Assembly (NCBI GenBank): GCA_964492615.1
Contig: CAZBKZ010000001.1
Span: forward strand, 33,354-97,353
Length of the DNA: 64,000 nucleotides
Direction of reading: 5' to 3'
Origin: an uncultured Syntrophomonadaceae bacterium
GTDB lineage: Bacteria > Bacillota > Dethiobacteria > DTU022
Shown piece by piece: positions 27,169-36,757 of this stretch (positions within the stretch are counted from its first letter, which is position 1; the number at the start of each line of letters is the position of its first letter). Position numbers and translations under genes: made by a program. The notes under the pieces are model-generated. The model did no database searches, was not told the DNA's origin, and saw nothing but the letters and a program-made list of their open reading frames with translations.

Positions 27169-28029
27169 TTAGATAATCTGAGCAACTTTTTCAATGTTTT
27201 CCACGTAATCCAGTAAACCCTGCATCGATGCAGTAATTTCCTGTGCAGAAGCAGCCTGATTATGAGAAATATCAGCGATTTTTGTGATTTCTTCGCTTAA
27301 TAGTAATGCCTGTTCTTTTACCATTTGTATATTTTCCTGAATCTCTTCTACAGACTTGGTGCTATTATCAGCCATTTTTCTTATTTCATTGGCAACCACT
27401 TCAAAACCCCGCCCGTTTTCACCAACACGAGCTGCTTCTATTGATGCGTTAATCCCCAGCAGGTTCGAGTTGGCGGCAACATCTTTAACAAATTTCAGCA
27501 TTTTTTCCATCGCTGCGATTTTATCAGACATTTCTTCCTGCTTCTGAGAAAGTGTTTCCATCATCCCTGATAGTTCCTGGGTTGAAGAAGCCATACTTTC
27601 CGTGGTTGCCACAACCTCCTGGTAAGCAGAGGCAAAAGCATTTGAAGTTTCATTAAGCATTTCCTGATTTTTCATACTTAAACGCATGGCCATGGCTCCG
27701 ACAACCTTGCCATCACTATCGACCAGGGGCACCGCTGAGGCCTTAAATGCATTGCCATAGATTTCTTTGGACAAATAATAATCATGCTTTTTCCCGGTAT
27801 TAATCGCTTTATACAAACCTGAGCCTTCAGGGATTGGATTACCCGCGTTACTGGTAAGCTCATCATCTGCTCCGGCCAGGTCGACTAAAAATTTCTCCCT
27901 GTCTGTCACGGCTATTGAACAGTCAATCGGAACCATTTGCTGGTAAAGGGGAGCTAACTTCATAGCAAATTCAAGAATTGAATAATGCCCTGTGCTCATG
28001 GAGTTTTCATTATTGTCGTTTTGCGTCAT
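27169..28029 (-). CDS. Soluble methyl-accepting chemotaxis protein (N-terminal sensor domain plus short MCP signalling domain)
   Basis: ORF track, 286 aa. NLLGINASIEAARVGENGRGFEVVANEIRKMADNS is the MCP signalling hairpin tip. No TM segments are visible. Confidence 0.85.
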   Translation of the reverse strand: MTQNDNNENSMSTGHYSILEFAMKLAPLYQQMVPIDCSIAVTDREKFLVDLAGADDELTSNAGNPIPEGSGLYKAINTGKKHDYYLSKEIYGNAFKASAVPLVDSDGKVVGAMAMRLSMKNQEMLNETSNAFASAYQEVVATTESMASSTQELSGMMETLSQKQEEMSDKIAAMEKMLKFVKDVAANSNLLGINASIEAARVGENGRGFEVVANEIRKMADNSTKSVEEIQENIQMVKEQALLLSEEITKIADISHNQAASAQEITASMQGLLDYVENIEKVAQII

Positions 28030-28242
28030 AATCAGGCCTCCTAGTTATACTTTTCGGAATGATTTTATAATAATTAAGTGAATCCTGTTAAAAGAGTAGC
28101 ACCTTTTTTAACATTGAGACACTTCCGGTTACATATAGTATAAATTATTTAAGATGGTTTTTGCAAACAATTAACATTCTCGATCAAAGTAGAAAAAAAT
28201 GTTATATTGGTTATGAAATATAAATGATATGGAGGTATCAAC

Positions 28243-28365
28243 ATGGCCCGGCATCTCAAGAAACACAGATCTGGAATAAGTAAGGCCTGGCTCTACATTA
28301 TCCTGTCCAGCCTGGTTGCATTCTTTACTGGATATTATCTTTCGGTAAATAACCTATTATTTTAA
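28243..28365 (+). CDS. 40-aa hypothetical small membrane protein
   Basis: Not in the ORF track. GGAGG lies 7 nt before the ATG. Product MARHLKKHRSGISKAWLYIILSSLVAFFTGYYLSVNNLLF (basic N-terminus plus one TM). A terminator starts 5 nt after the stop. Confidence 0.45.
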   Translation: MARHLKKHRSGISKAWLYIILSSLVAFFTGYYLSVNNLLF

Positions 28366-28369
28366 TATA

Positions 28370-28399
28370 AAGGGGATAGCGCTTATAAGCTATCCCCTT
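28370..28399. terminator. Bidirectional stem-loop between convergent genes
   Basis: 11-bp stem aaggggatagc / gctatcccctt with an 8-nt loop. It sits between the small ORF (+) and the radical SAM gene (-). Confidence 0.65.
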
Positions 28400-28427
28400 C
28401 ACATTATTATATTTGCTTAACATTTTG

Positions 28428-30197
28428 TTACCTGCTGATTAACAATTCAAAACGTGGCAGACGCAATTTCCTTTTATCTGCTGCCTCCATAACCAGCCTG
28501 ACCTGTTTTTCCGTCGCCGCTATTACCTGCAGACGACGCACACGGCCTCCCAGTCTATTAAGGAGTAATCTGAAAACTGTTGCAGCCCTGTCAGAAGCAA
28601 AACGAAGCCCTTCAATATTTATAATAACCTGGTTATGATTTACCGGTAAGGCACTTTTTAAAACCTTCTTCAGTTTCCTGGCATGCAGGATACCAACCAG
28701 ACCCCTTAATTTTAAATGAATAATCCCCTGCTGCTCTGATAATGAAACCTTAAGCTGCCCGGTATCCACACCGGAAATGGTCTTAACAGGCGCTTTCAAC
28801 AGTTGATAAAGATGTATTACCCTTTGTGGGTTATCATACCATTTCTCCTGCAGCAGGTGCTCGTACCAGCGGTTACGGCGTTCAAAATGCCTTGATACAG
28901 CCCAGCCTATTGTCCGGTGTATGACTGAGCCCCAGCCTGTCAGAAAAAGGTTGTGAAAAATATTATTGAGTGAGTAAAACTTCTTTAATGCTTTGATGGT
29001 TTCTGATTGGAGTTCTTCAGGCGAAATGAGAGCCGGCAGAAAAACAGTATGGTGCCCATCGTAAAGTGACCAGTCGCGGGTTAAAATTCTTTCTTCTTTA
29101 TTCAGTTCATCGTAAAAAGGTGTATTTGGAAAAGGAGTTAGGGTCATGAACTGGATACTGTCAATTCTATTCTGCAGGGCAAAATCAGCTGTTTCCCTGA
29201 TGCTTTCCACTGTATCTGTATCCGCGCCGAAAACAAACATACCGTGAATGCGAATACCATGATCATGAAACCTGCGAATTGCCACTTCAATCTCTTCAAC
29301 AGTCTGTTGTTTCTTGTAACCTTTCAGCGTGTCGGGATTTATTGACTCGAAACCAATATACACAATCCCGCAGCCAGATTGACGCATCAGGGCAAGCAGT
29401 TCGTCATCCCGGGAAGCATCAACTCTTAACTGGGCGCCCCAGCGCTTTAGTTTTATTCCTTCCCTAATCATTCCTCTCAGCAAATCCTTGGTTAATTTTG
29501 GGTTCGCAGCAAAATTATCATCACAGAAAAATATGTTTTTACCCTGGTATTGCTTTAACTCCTCCAGTATACTTTCAGTTTTTCGGTGGCGGTAACGTCG
29601 CCCAAATACCTCTGTTACGCAACAAAAAGTGCAGTCGAATGGGCACCCCCTGGACGTCATAACAGGAGTGCTAAACATCGAACCAGGATTGTGCAGCAGA
29701 GAGAGATCAGGGATTGGCAGGGCATCCATATCTACCGGAATGCCGGAAGCTTCATTATGAACCTGTTGATTCTCCTTCCAATAAGATACAGCCGGTATAT
29801 CCTGTGGATCTAGGCCGCTTTTAATCGATTCTACCAGGGGCAGGATACTGTTTTCAGCTTCTCCCCTGATTAAATAATCAGCAAATTGAAGAGCTTCCTC
29901 GGGCATAAAAGTAGCATGCATTCCGCCAATAATTACTGGAATGTTGTTAGCTTTTAACAAACCGGCAATCTGGTATGCTTCACGACAGGTTGCCGTGGTC
30001 GTTGAGATACCAACCAGGTCAGCGCTAAATATTTTATCCCAGGGAAGTGAGTCACCAGTACCCATGAATATTTCCACACTGTAGCCGGCGTTTGTAAGTT
30101 GAGTGCCTAAAATCGGCAAGCCCAACCGGGGCATGCGGACGTGCCTGTATACATGATCTTCTTTCGACTGCGGTTCGATCAGGATAATTCTCTGCAT
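28428..30197 (-). CDS. B12-binding-domain radical SAM protein with an extra C-terminal STAS-like (anti-sigma-antagonist-like) module
   Basis: ORF track, 589 aa. N-terminal cobalamin-binding-type Rossmann region, then the CPFDCTFC radical SAM motif. The last ~120 aa (IIHLKLRGLVGILHARKLKKVL...VIINIEGLRFASDRAATVFRLLLNRL) resemble STAS by eye. Confidence 0.8.
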   Translation of the reverse strand: MQRIILIEPQSKEDHVYRHVRMPRLGLPILGTQLTNAGYSVEIFMGTGDSLPWDKIFSADLVGISTTTATCREAYQIAGLLKANNIPVIIGGMHATFMPEEALQFADYLIRGEAENSILPLVESIKSGLDPQDIPAVSYWKENQQVHNEASGIPVDMDALPIPDLSLLHNPGSMFSTPVMTSRGCPFDCTFCCVTEVFGRRYRHRKTESILEELKQYQGKNIFFCDDNFAANPKLTKDLLRGMIREGIKLKRWGAQLRVDASRDDELLALMRQSGCGIVYIGFESINPDTLKGYKKQQTVEEIEVAIRRFHDHGIRIHGMFVFGADTDTVESIRETADFALQNRIDSIQFMTLTPFPNTPFYDELNKEERILTRDWSLYDGHHTVFLPALISPEELQSETIKALKKFYSLNNIFHNLFLTGWGSVIHRTIGWAVSRHFERRNRWYEHLLQEKWYDNPQRVIHLYQLLKAPVKTISGVDTGQLKVSLSEQQGIIHLKLRGLVGILHARKLKKVLKSALPVNHNQVIINIEGLRFASDRAATVFRLLLNRLGGRVRRLQVIAATEKQVRLVMEAADKRKLRLPRFELLISR

Positions 30198-30313
30198 TGA
30201 AACAATCGCTCCTTTAGTTTGGTCTGCGGGAAAAAATAATATCAGGACATTAAGACTATCCGCTTGACATGGAACATAGATCCAGGAGCACTTTTTACGG
30301 CATAAAGTAGTTT

Positions 30314-30778
30314 TTAATTAAAAAACCTGATCGCCAGGGGATAATGAAATTCTTCCCCGTTACTGACTTTTACAGAAGCTATAATGACGAAGATCAGCCA
30401 GAAGATGAATAATAAAGGCAGTAATAAAAACCCTATCAGTACTATAACAAGAATACCGGATAATATTGCATAGATAGTTATACTGATTTGAAAGTTTAGA
30501 GATTCTTTACCTTGCCTGTCAATCCACTCTGATTGATCTTTCTTAAGCAGCCAAACTACCAGGGGACCAATTACATTACCGAAAGAAGGCAAAATCAGAA
30601 ATAAGAGCGCTGACAGGTGGGTAAGCATTCCAAAAGTCTTTTCATCCGGGGTAAGACCGCTATAATCACTGTTATCAACCACTGTATAACCTCCATATTT
30701 TTTGGGCGGCTCATAAACTATAATATTTTGTGGCTCAATCATACCACAAATGAGGCCTTGCAGATAACCCGGGAGCAT
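30314..30778 (-). CDS. DUF4870-family membrane protein
   Basis: ORF track, 154 aa. LTHLSALL...GPLVVWLLKKDQSEWIDRQGKESLNFQISITIY is the DUF4870 signature. Confidence 0.75.
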   Translation of the reverse strand: MLPGYLQGLICGMIEPQNIIVYEPPKKYGGYTVVDNSDYSGLTPDEKTFGMLTHLSALLFLILPSFGNVIGPLVVWLLKKDQSEWIDRQGKESLNFQISITIYAILSGILVIVLIGFLLLPLLFIFWLIFVIIASVKVSNGEEFHYPLAIRFFN

Positions 30779-30789
30779 AAAGTATTATA

Positions 30790-30820
30790 ATGGGCAGAAT
30801 AAGAGTAATCTTCTGCCCAT
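30790..30820 (-). terminator. Stem-loop downstream of the second DUF4870 gene
   Basis: 10-bp stem atgggcagaa / ttctgcccat with an 11-nt loop, 38 nt after the stop at 30858. Confidence 0.5.
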
Positions 30821-30857
30821 ATAATAATTTCTAAAACTGATTTATAAATAAATCCAT

Positions 30858-31187
30858 TTAAAGGTTAAACTTACTACCAAACTGCCCAATCAAAGGCAGT
30901 TCCTTTGCCTGGCCGCTTAATGAATTAACCAGCCCTACAATGAACAGTATTAATAAAAATATTGATCCTAAAATACCAATAATCCAACCAAGAACAGGAA
31001 TCACGGAAACCACACCAATAACAATCCAGGCAATCAGCAATACCAGACCCTGCTTGGCATGAAACTGGCAATACGGGCTATCTTTTTTTGCCAGAAGGGG
31101 AACAAGAACAAGAATACCCAGATAGGACAAAGCTGCGATAATCTTATTATCCTCAACGTCTTTGGGATCAAAAACCATCTGTTCCAC
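30858..31187 (-). CDS. DUF4870-like small membrane protein
   Basis: ORF track, 109 aa. The AALSYLGILVLVPLLAKKDSPYCQFHAKQGLVLLI motif is related to the neighbouring paralogue. Confidence 0.65.
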   Translation of the reverse strand: MEQMVFDPKDVEDNKIIAALSYLGILVLVPLLAKKDSPYCQFHAKQGLVLLIAWIVIGVVSVIPVLGWIIGILGSIFLLILFIVGLVNSLSGQAKELPLIGQFGSKFNL

Positions 31188-31300
31188 TAATCATCAACTC
31201 CTTTAATATTATTATAAACTCTTACTTAACAATCATAAAGCACTCCCGGAAACATTACAAGCATAATCTATTGGTTATTAAAACTACCAACTATTTATTG

Positions 31301-32158
31301 TTACTCAAAAAACTGTGGTTTTGATTCCAGGTATTCGATCAGGGCCATTCCGGATACTTTCCATTCAGCAGCTTCTTCAATACCAATAAACCTAAAGTGC
31401 CAGGGCTCAAAAATATAACCGGTTACATTTTCTTTACCGGCAGGATAGCTCATGGCAAAACCAAAGTACCAGGCGTTATCTGCAAGCCATTTACCCTGGG
31501 GGGTCTCTGCAAAGGCCGCGGAAAAATCAACAGCAGTTCCGCCAAAGTCAACTGTTGTACCAAGCTGGTGTTCTGATTGCCCCGGCCTGGCGCTGAAACG
31601 GTTAGCCTCTTCTTCACCGTGCCTGCTGGCATAATCTGCAAACAGTCCGGCCTGGGTGCTGTAACTGCGATAAGCTGAACGTATATGCAGTTCGACCCCG
31701 TCATAAGCCGCAGCATTCCAAAGGAGCTCTAAATTATGCAGGGCTGCAGCACGAAGCTGCATACTGTATGACGGTTTCATGTGGGACGGCACCGGCTGAA
31801 GATCTGAAGGAATATAATCACTTTTTAAAAGTGTATCCTTACTGACCAATGCCAGCAGGTAATCACCATCAACAATTACAGGATGAGACGGCTGAACATT
31901 ATCCGTATCTTCCACCGGGTCAGATGAGATATCTACATCTACCTGATCATCAGGAGATTCTGGTTCTGGTATATCCTTGGGTTCTGGTTCTTCTTCAACT
32001 TCCGGCAACTCTAATACGCCCGGTTCTTCATAGTCTTCAACTACTGTAACTATTTCTTCTTCGGGTTCTGTAGAACAACCAGGCAGGATCAGAATTAGAA
32101 ATAACATCAGAACAGTTAATAAGGCAGATAATCTTTTTTTGCTTTGCCAAAAAACCAT
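31301..32158 (-). CDS. M15B (VanY-type) D-alanyl-D-alanine carboxypeptidase, lipoprotein
   Basis: ORF track, 285 aa. Lipobox ILPGC, an acidic linker, and the motifs SAYRSYxxQ, SEHQLGTTVD and EPWHFRF. Confidence 0.85.
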   Translation of the reverse strand: MVFWQSKKRLSALLTVLMLFLILILPGCSTEPEEEIVTVVEDYEEPGVLELPEVEEEPEPKDIPEPESPDDQVDVDISSDPVEDTDNVQPSHPVIVDGDYLLALVSKDTLLKSDYIPSDLQPVPSHMKPSYSMQLRAAALHNLELLWNAAAYDGVELHIRSAYRSYSTQAGLFADYASRHGEEEANRFSARPGQSEHQLGTTVDFGGTAVDFSAAFAETPQGKWLADNAWYFGFAMSYPAGKENVTGYIFEPWHFRFIGIEEAAEWKVSGMALIEYLESKPQFFE

Positions 32159-32164
32159 TTAATA

Positions 32165-34162
32165 TTACTGCCTCCCTGCTTTAAGCTGATTGGCTTTCTC
32201 CAGAATAGCATCAACTGTTATACCTCTTTTAACCATAACGATATTGCCGGGAGCAGAAGCACCAAAATCATCAATTCCTATTACAATTCCGTCCGGGCCG
32301 CCAATTTTTCCCCAAGCCATCGGGTGAGCAGCTTCTATAATGATTCTCTTTTTTACTGCTGAGGGAAGAACAGCTTCACGATAGTTATGATCCTGGGCCA
32401 TAAACAGCTCAATGCTGACTATACTAACCACTCTTACGGACAGGCCTTCTTTTTGAAGGTGTTCCTGTGCTTCAAGGGCCAGCTGCAGCTCGGACCCACT
32501 GGCAATCAGGATTAAATCGGCCTCACTGTCTTTTTCCTGGCCGATAATATAACCACCTCTTAGCGCTTCTTTACCCGTCCCGGCAAGCTGGGGCAGGTTC
32601 TGACGGGATAAAACTAGTGCTGATGGCCCACAACGGCGTTGAAGAGCATGCAACCAGGCCGCTGCAGTTTCTCTTGCATCTGCCGGACGCAAAACATGCA
32701 AATTAGGGATTGAACGCAAATTGGCAAGATGCTCTACAGGCTGATGAGTTGGACCATCTTCACCAACAGCCACACTGTCATGAGTGTAAACATAAATCAC
32801 CGGGAGCCCCATCATGGCTGCCAACCTGACAGGCGCTTTCATGTAATCAAAAAAAACCAGAAAAGTTGAGCCGAAAGGACGCAGGCCTCCATGCAGGGAA
32901 AGCCCAGACATTACTGCGCCCATGGCATGCTCCCTGACCCCGAAGTTAATATTGCTGCCACCGGGATTATCAGCCTGAAAATCTGCCGAACCTTTCAAAC
33001 GTGTTTTCGTCGAAGCATTGAGATCGGCTGATCCTCCTATCATGTTTGGTAAGTATTCAGCAAGTACCTGCATTATTTCTCCCGAAGCAGATCTGGTAGC
33101 CATAGCTTTTCCCTCAAAATCCCAGAGACGCTGATCATTATACAGCTCTACCGGTACCTGACCTGAATGCCAGGCGTCCCACTGTTCTGCAAGATCCGGG
33201 TGTTCCCTGGAGTATTCGGAAAATAGTACATCCCACTCCTGCTTCTTAGCAACTAACACTTCACGGAGTTCGGCAAAATGTCTGTAAACCGACTCAGGCA
33301 CATAAAAATCAGGTTCCAAAGGCCAGTCAAGGTTTTTTTTAGTCAGTAAAACCTCTTCGGCGCCAAGGGGTGCGCCATGAGCATCTGCACTGCCTTCCTT
33401 GTTAGGCGAACCATATCCAATCTTTGTCCTGACCATGATTAAAGTTGGGCGCATAGTTTCTTTTTTTGCTTCAGAAAGAGCTTCTTCAATCATCTCAATA
33501 CGGTCACCTTCCAATACTTTTAAAACCTGCCATCCATATGCCTCAAATCGTTTTCCTGTGTCTTCAGTAAAGGCAAGAGCTGTTCTTCCATCAATAGTGA
33601 TATTATTATCGTCATAGAGGCAAATCAGTTTGCCCAATCCAAGATGGCCGGCCAGTGATGCCGCTTCAGAGGTAACCCCTTCCATCATACAACCATCACC
33701 ACTATAAACATAGGTATAATGATTGACCAGGAGAAACCCGGGCTGGTTGAACTTAGCAGCCAGGCGCCTTTCAGCTATTGCCATACCCACGGCATTGGCA
33801 AAACCCTGGCCCAGTGGCCCGGTAGTTGTTTCCACTCCGGGAGTGTGTGGATATTCAGGATGCCCGGGAGTCTTACTACCCCACTGGCGAAAGGTTTTTA
33901 TATCATCCAGGGTAAGACTGTAGCCCGAAAGGTGTAACAACGCATAAAGAAGCATTGATCCATGACCGGCAGAGAGGATAAAACGATCACGATCGGGCCA
34001 TTCAGGACAGTCGGGGCAATGTTTAAGAAAACGACTCCACAGGGCATAAGCCATAGTCGCTCCCCCCATAGGAAGACCAGGATGCCCTGAATTGGCCTTT
34101 TCAACCGCATCAACTGCCAGGAAGCGAATTGTATTAATTGCCAAATCTTCAATCTTGTTCAA
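32165..34162 (-). CDS. tkt: Transketolase
   Basis: ORF track, 665 aa. Motifs [19 protein letters not shown] and [10 protein letters not shown]. Confidence 0.95.
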   Translation of the reverse strand: MNKIEDLAINTIRFLAVDAVEKANSGHPGLPMGGATMAYALWSRFLKHCPDCPEWPDRDRFILSAGHGSMLLYALLHLSGYSLTLDDIKTFRQWGSKTPGHPEYPHTPGVETTTGPLGQGFANAVGMAIAERRLAAKFNQPGFLLVNHYTYVYSGDGCMMEGVTSEAASLAGHLGLGKLICLYDDNNITIDGRTALAFTEDTGKRFEAYGWQVLKVLEGDRIEMIEEALSEAKKETMRPTLIMVRTKIGYGSPNKEGSADAHGAPLGAEEVLLTKKNLDWPLEPDFYVPESVYRHFAELREVLVAKKQEWDVLFSEYSREHPDLAEQWDAWHSGQVPVELYNDQRLWDFEGKAMATRSASGEIMQVLAEYLPNMIGGSADLNASTKTRLKGSADFQADNPGGSNINFGVREHAMGAVMSGLSLHGGLRPFGSTFLVFFDYMKAPVRLAAMMGLPVIYVYTHDSVAVGEDGPTHQPVEHLANLRSIPNLHVLRPADARETAAAWLHALQRRCGPSALVLSRQNLPQLAGTGKEALRGGYIIGQEKDSEADLILIASGSELQLALEAQEHLQKEGLSVRVVSIVSIELFMAQDHNYREAVLPSAVKKRIIIEAAHPMAWGKIGGPDGIVIGIDDFGASAPGNIVMVKRGITVDAILEKANQLKAGRQ

Positions 34163-34176
34163 TTAGAACACTCCAA

Positions 34177-34818
34177 TCAGTCAGGGTTATCAACAACTTT
34201 CATTTCAACATCAAATGCCACATAATTGATCGGTTCGGTTGAAAAACTGCCTTCTTCTTCTTTCCCCAGGTAAACGGTTTTTATTATCACTTCAAAGTTT
34301 TCTATTTTTTCCCTGAGGTTTAATGGAAATTGCTGCAAACCGTCATCTGCCGGCTCCGGAGCTAACCCTTCTATAAGGAATATAAAATGGCTACTCGATT
34401 CCCATTCACTTTTATTGTAATAGTCAACATCAAACTCTAAGTTTACCCATTCCAGACTAAACACATCAGTTTCTTCAACACGCCAGATTAACCGCCCCTC
34501 GTAAGCAACATTTTCAGTAAATTCACCGATAAAACCGTAATCTGACTCAAAGATATCGGGACCAAGAATCACTTCACCACTGGAAAGTTCCAGTTGTCCA
34601 TGGTTAATCCATGGCCAGTAATAATCGGTTACAATTACTATTTCTTCAACAGGTGCTTGAACGCTGTCACTCTGATCAACGTTTTCCAGTTCATCAATGG
34701 GAATAACATCCTCGATCTCTTGATCCGGAGTACATCCTGCAAGGGTCAATACCCCTAGCAAAAGGAACCATAAGATGATAATAGTTATATATGCCTGACA
34801 TGCTTTAAATCTTTTCAT
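34177..34818 (-). CDS. Hypothetical lipoprotein
   Basis: ORF track, 213 aa. Signal peptide with lipobox LTLAGC. No family recognised. Confidence 0.6.
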   Translation of the reverse strand: MKRFKACQAYITIIILWFLLLGVLTLAGCTPDQEIEDVIPIDELENVDQSDSVQAPVEEIVIVTDYYWPWINHGQLELSSGEVILGPDIFESDYGFIGEFTENVAYEGRLIWRVEETDVFSLEWVNLEFDVDYYNKSEWESSSHFIFLIEGLAPEPADDGLQQFPLNLREKIENFEVIIKTVYLGKEEEGSFSTEPINYVAFDVEMKVVDNPD

Positions 34819-34941
34819 CGTTCACCTCACCCCCCGAAAGGGAAAAACCGCTTTTTTATATTACGGAATGTTAATTTAACTTTCGACAAAATAATTCTGA
34901 ACCCTTCATCAGGATTACTTCTATGTCTTCCTGTTAAGCCT

Positions 34942-36726
34942 TTATAATAATGGAGGCCAAAAAAACATGATCAGGGGGATAGCTACCAGGACAATTATCA
35001 GTTCAAGGGGCAATCCCATTCTCCAGTAATCGCTGAATCTGTATCCTCCCGGCCCCATAACGAGAGTGTTTGACTGATGCCCGATTGGAGTAAGAAACGC
35101 GCAGGAAGCTCCCACAGCAACAGACATGAGGAAAGGATCTGCTGAAACTCCAAGCCCCCCGGCAATATTAATCGCAATAGGTGCCATCAGCACAGCTGCG
35201 GCAGCATTATTTACAAGGTCCGATAAAAACATTGTTCCAACGAGAATTACTGTCAGGGTAATCCATAGTTCATAGCCGCCGGCAACACTGAGAATACCGT
35301 CTGCAATTAATTGTGCCCCGCCCGTGGTTTCTAAAGCTCCGCTTACCGGTATCATTGACCCCAGCAAAACAATAACGGGCCAATCAACGCTTTCATATAT
35401 TTCTTTCAGTGACAGTAACCCCGTAATTACCATTAAAAAAGCAGCGCCGGTAAAGGCAATCTGTATTGAGAGCAGGCCAATAGCGGCCATCACCAGGGCA
35501 GATGCAAAAATTAATACTGCCAAAATAACCCGGCGTGGCTGGCCAAATCTTAAACCTCTTTCCACCAGGGGCAGCAGGCCGAGGCCGGGTAAAACTTCGT
35601 AAAGGGTGTCTGGTGGACCCTGAAGAAGCAGCACATCTCCTGAACGAAACCGGACCTGATCTGGAGTTCTGCGCAATCTGCCTCCCTGCCTGGCAATACC
35701 CAGCATATTTACACCATAACGTGAACGCAGCTTTAAATTACGGGCTGTCCGGCCTTCCAGCGGTGAGTTTCTTGTAACTGTCGCTTCGATAACAGCAATT
35801 TCTTCGGATTTAAGTGATTCATTATCCAGCTTATCAGATTCCTCCAGCTTTAGCCCCGTTGCCCCAATCAATTCATGGAGATCCTCGGCATTTGCCTTTA
35901 TTACCAGCGTGTCCCCTTCCTTAAAAGTCCTGTAAGGCGATGGGGCAGCATATTTCTGCCCGTCCCGGATGTGACTGACAACTTCAACTTCGCCGTCAGT
36001 TGCTTTTTCGAGATCACGCAAGCGTTTTCCGGTCAGTGCAGAATCCGGTGGAACATGCACTTCTGTGATATAATCATCGACCTGAAACAGTTCCTCCTGG
36101 GACAATTTACCTTTTCTTTTGGGAATCAATCTCCAGCCGATTAAGATAATAAAGAGTACCCCGGCAAGAGCAATACCTGCTCCAACAGGAGCAAAATCAA
36201 ACATGCGGAAAGTTTCGCCAGCCGCTGTCTGCTCCCTGAAAACAGATATAATTATGTTTGGGGGCGTCCCAACCTGGGTTATTAGACCACCAAGCAGAGA
36301 ACCAAAGGCCAGCGGCATCAGAAACAGCGAAGGAGAGCGTTCATTTTTGCGGGCCATGCGAATTGCTACCGGCATGAATAGAGCCAGGGCCCCTATATTG
36401 TTCATGAACCCTGAGCAAACTGTTACAGCGACTACAAGCATCGCAAGCTGAACCAGGTAGTTATCGCCGGCACGGCCCATTAAGCTGACAATGTAATCAA
36501 CCATACCCGAATTAAATAAAGCCTTGCTGACAATTAAAACAGCAGCTACCGTAATTACCGCCGGATGACCAAAACCGGAAAAAGCCTGATCCGGCGAAAC
36601 TAGCCCAATTATAGTTACAACCAGTAAAGAGAATAGTGCAACCAGATCATAACGCCAGCGGCCCCAGATAAACAGCAATAAAACCACTGCCAAAACAATA
36701 AAAACTATGATTTGTTCATTAAACAT
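34942..36726 (-). CDS. SLC13/DASS-type permease with two central TrkA-C (RCK-C) domains
   Basis: ORF track, 594 aa. TM blocks flank two soluble repeats (TGKRLRDL...GDTLVI and EGRTARNL...GDVLLLQG). Confidence 0.82.
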   Translation of the reverse strand: MFNEQIIVFIVLAVVLLLFIWGRWRYDLVALFSLLVVTIIGLVSPDQAFSGFGHPAVITVAAVLIVSKALFNSGMVDYIVSLMGRAGDNYLVQLAMLVVAVTVCSGFMNNIGALALFMPVAIRMARKNERSPSLFLMPLAFGSLLGGLITQVGTPPNIIISVFREQTAAGETFRMFDFAPVGAGIALAGVLFIILIGWRLIPKRKGKLSQEELFQVDDYITEVHVPPDSALTGKRLRDLEKATDGEVEVVSHIRDGQKYAAPSPYRTFKEGDTLVIKANAEDLHELIGATGLKLEESDKLDNESLKSEEIAVIEATVTRNSPLEGRTARNLKLRSRYGVNMLGIARQGGRLRRTPDQVRFRSGDVLLLQGPPDTLYEVLPGLGLLPLVERGLRFGQPRRVILAVLIFASALVMAAIGLLSIQIAFTGAAFLMVITGLLSLKEIYESVDWPVIVLLGSMIPVSGALETTGGAQLIADGILSVAGGYELWITLTVILVGTMFLSDLVNNAAAAVLMAPIAINIAGGLGVSADPFLMSVAVGASCAFLTPIGHQSNTLVMGPGGYRFSDYWRMGLPLELIIVLVAIPLIMFFWPPLL

Positions 36727-36757
36727 GAAAGCGCCACCGCCTATTCGCTCAACAAAT

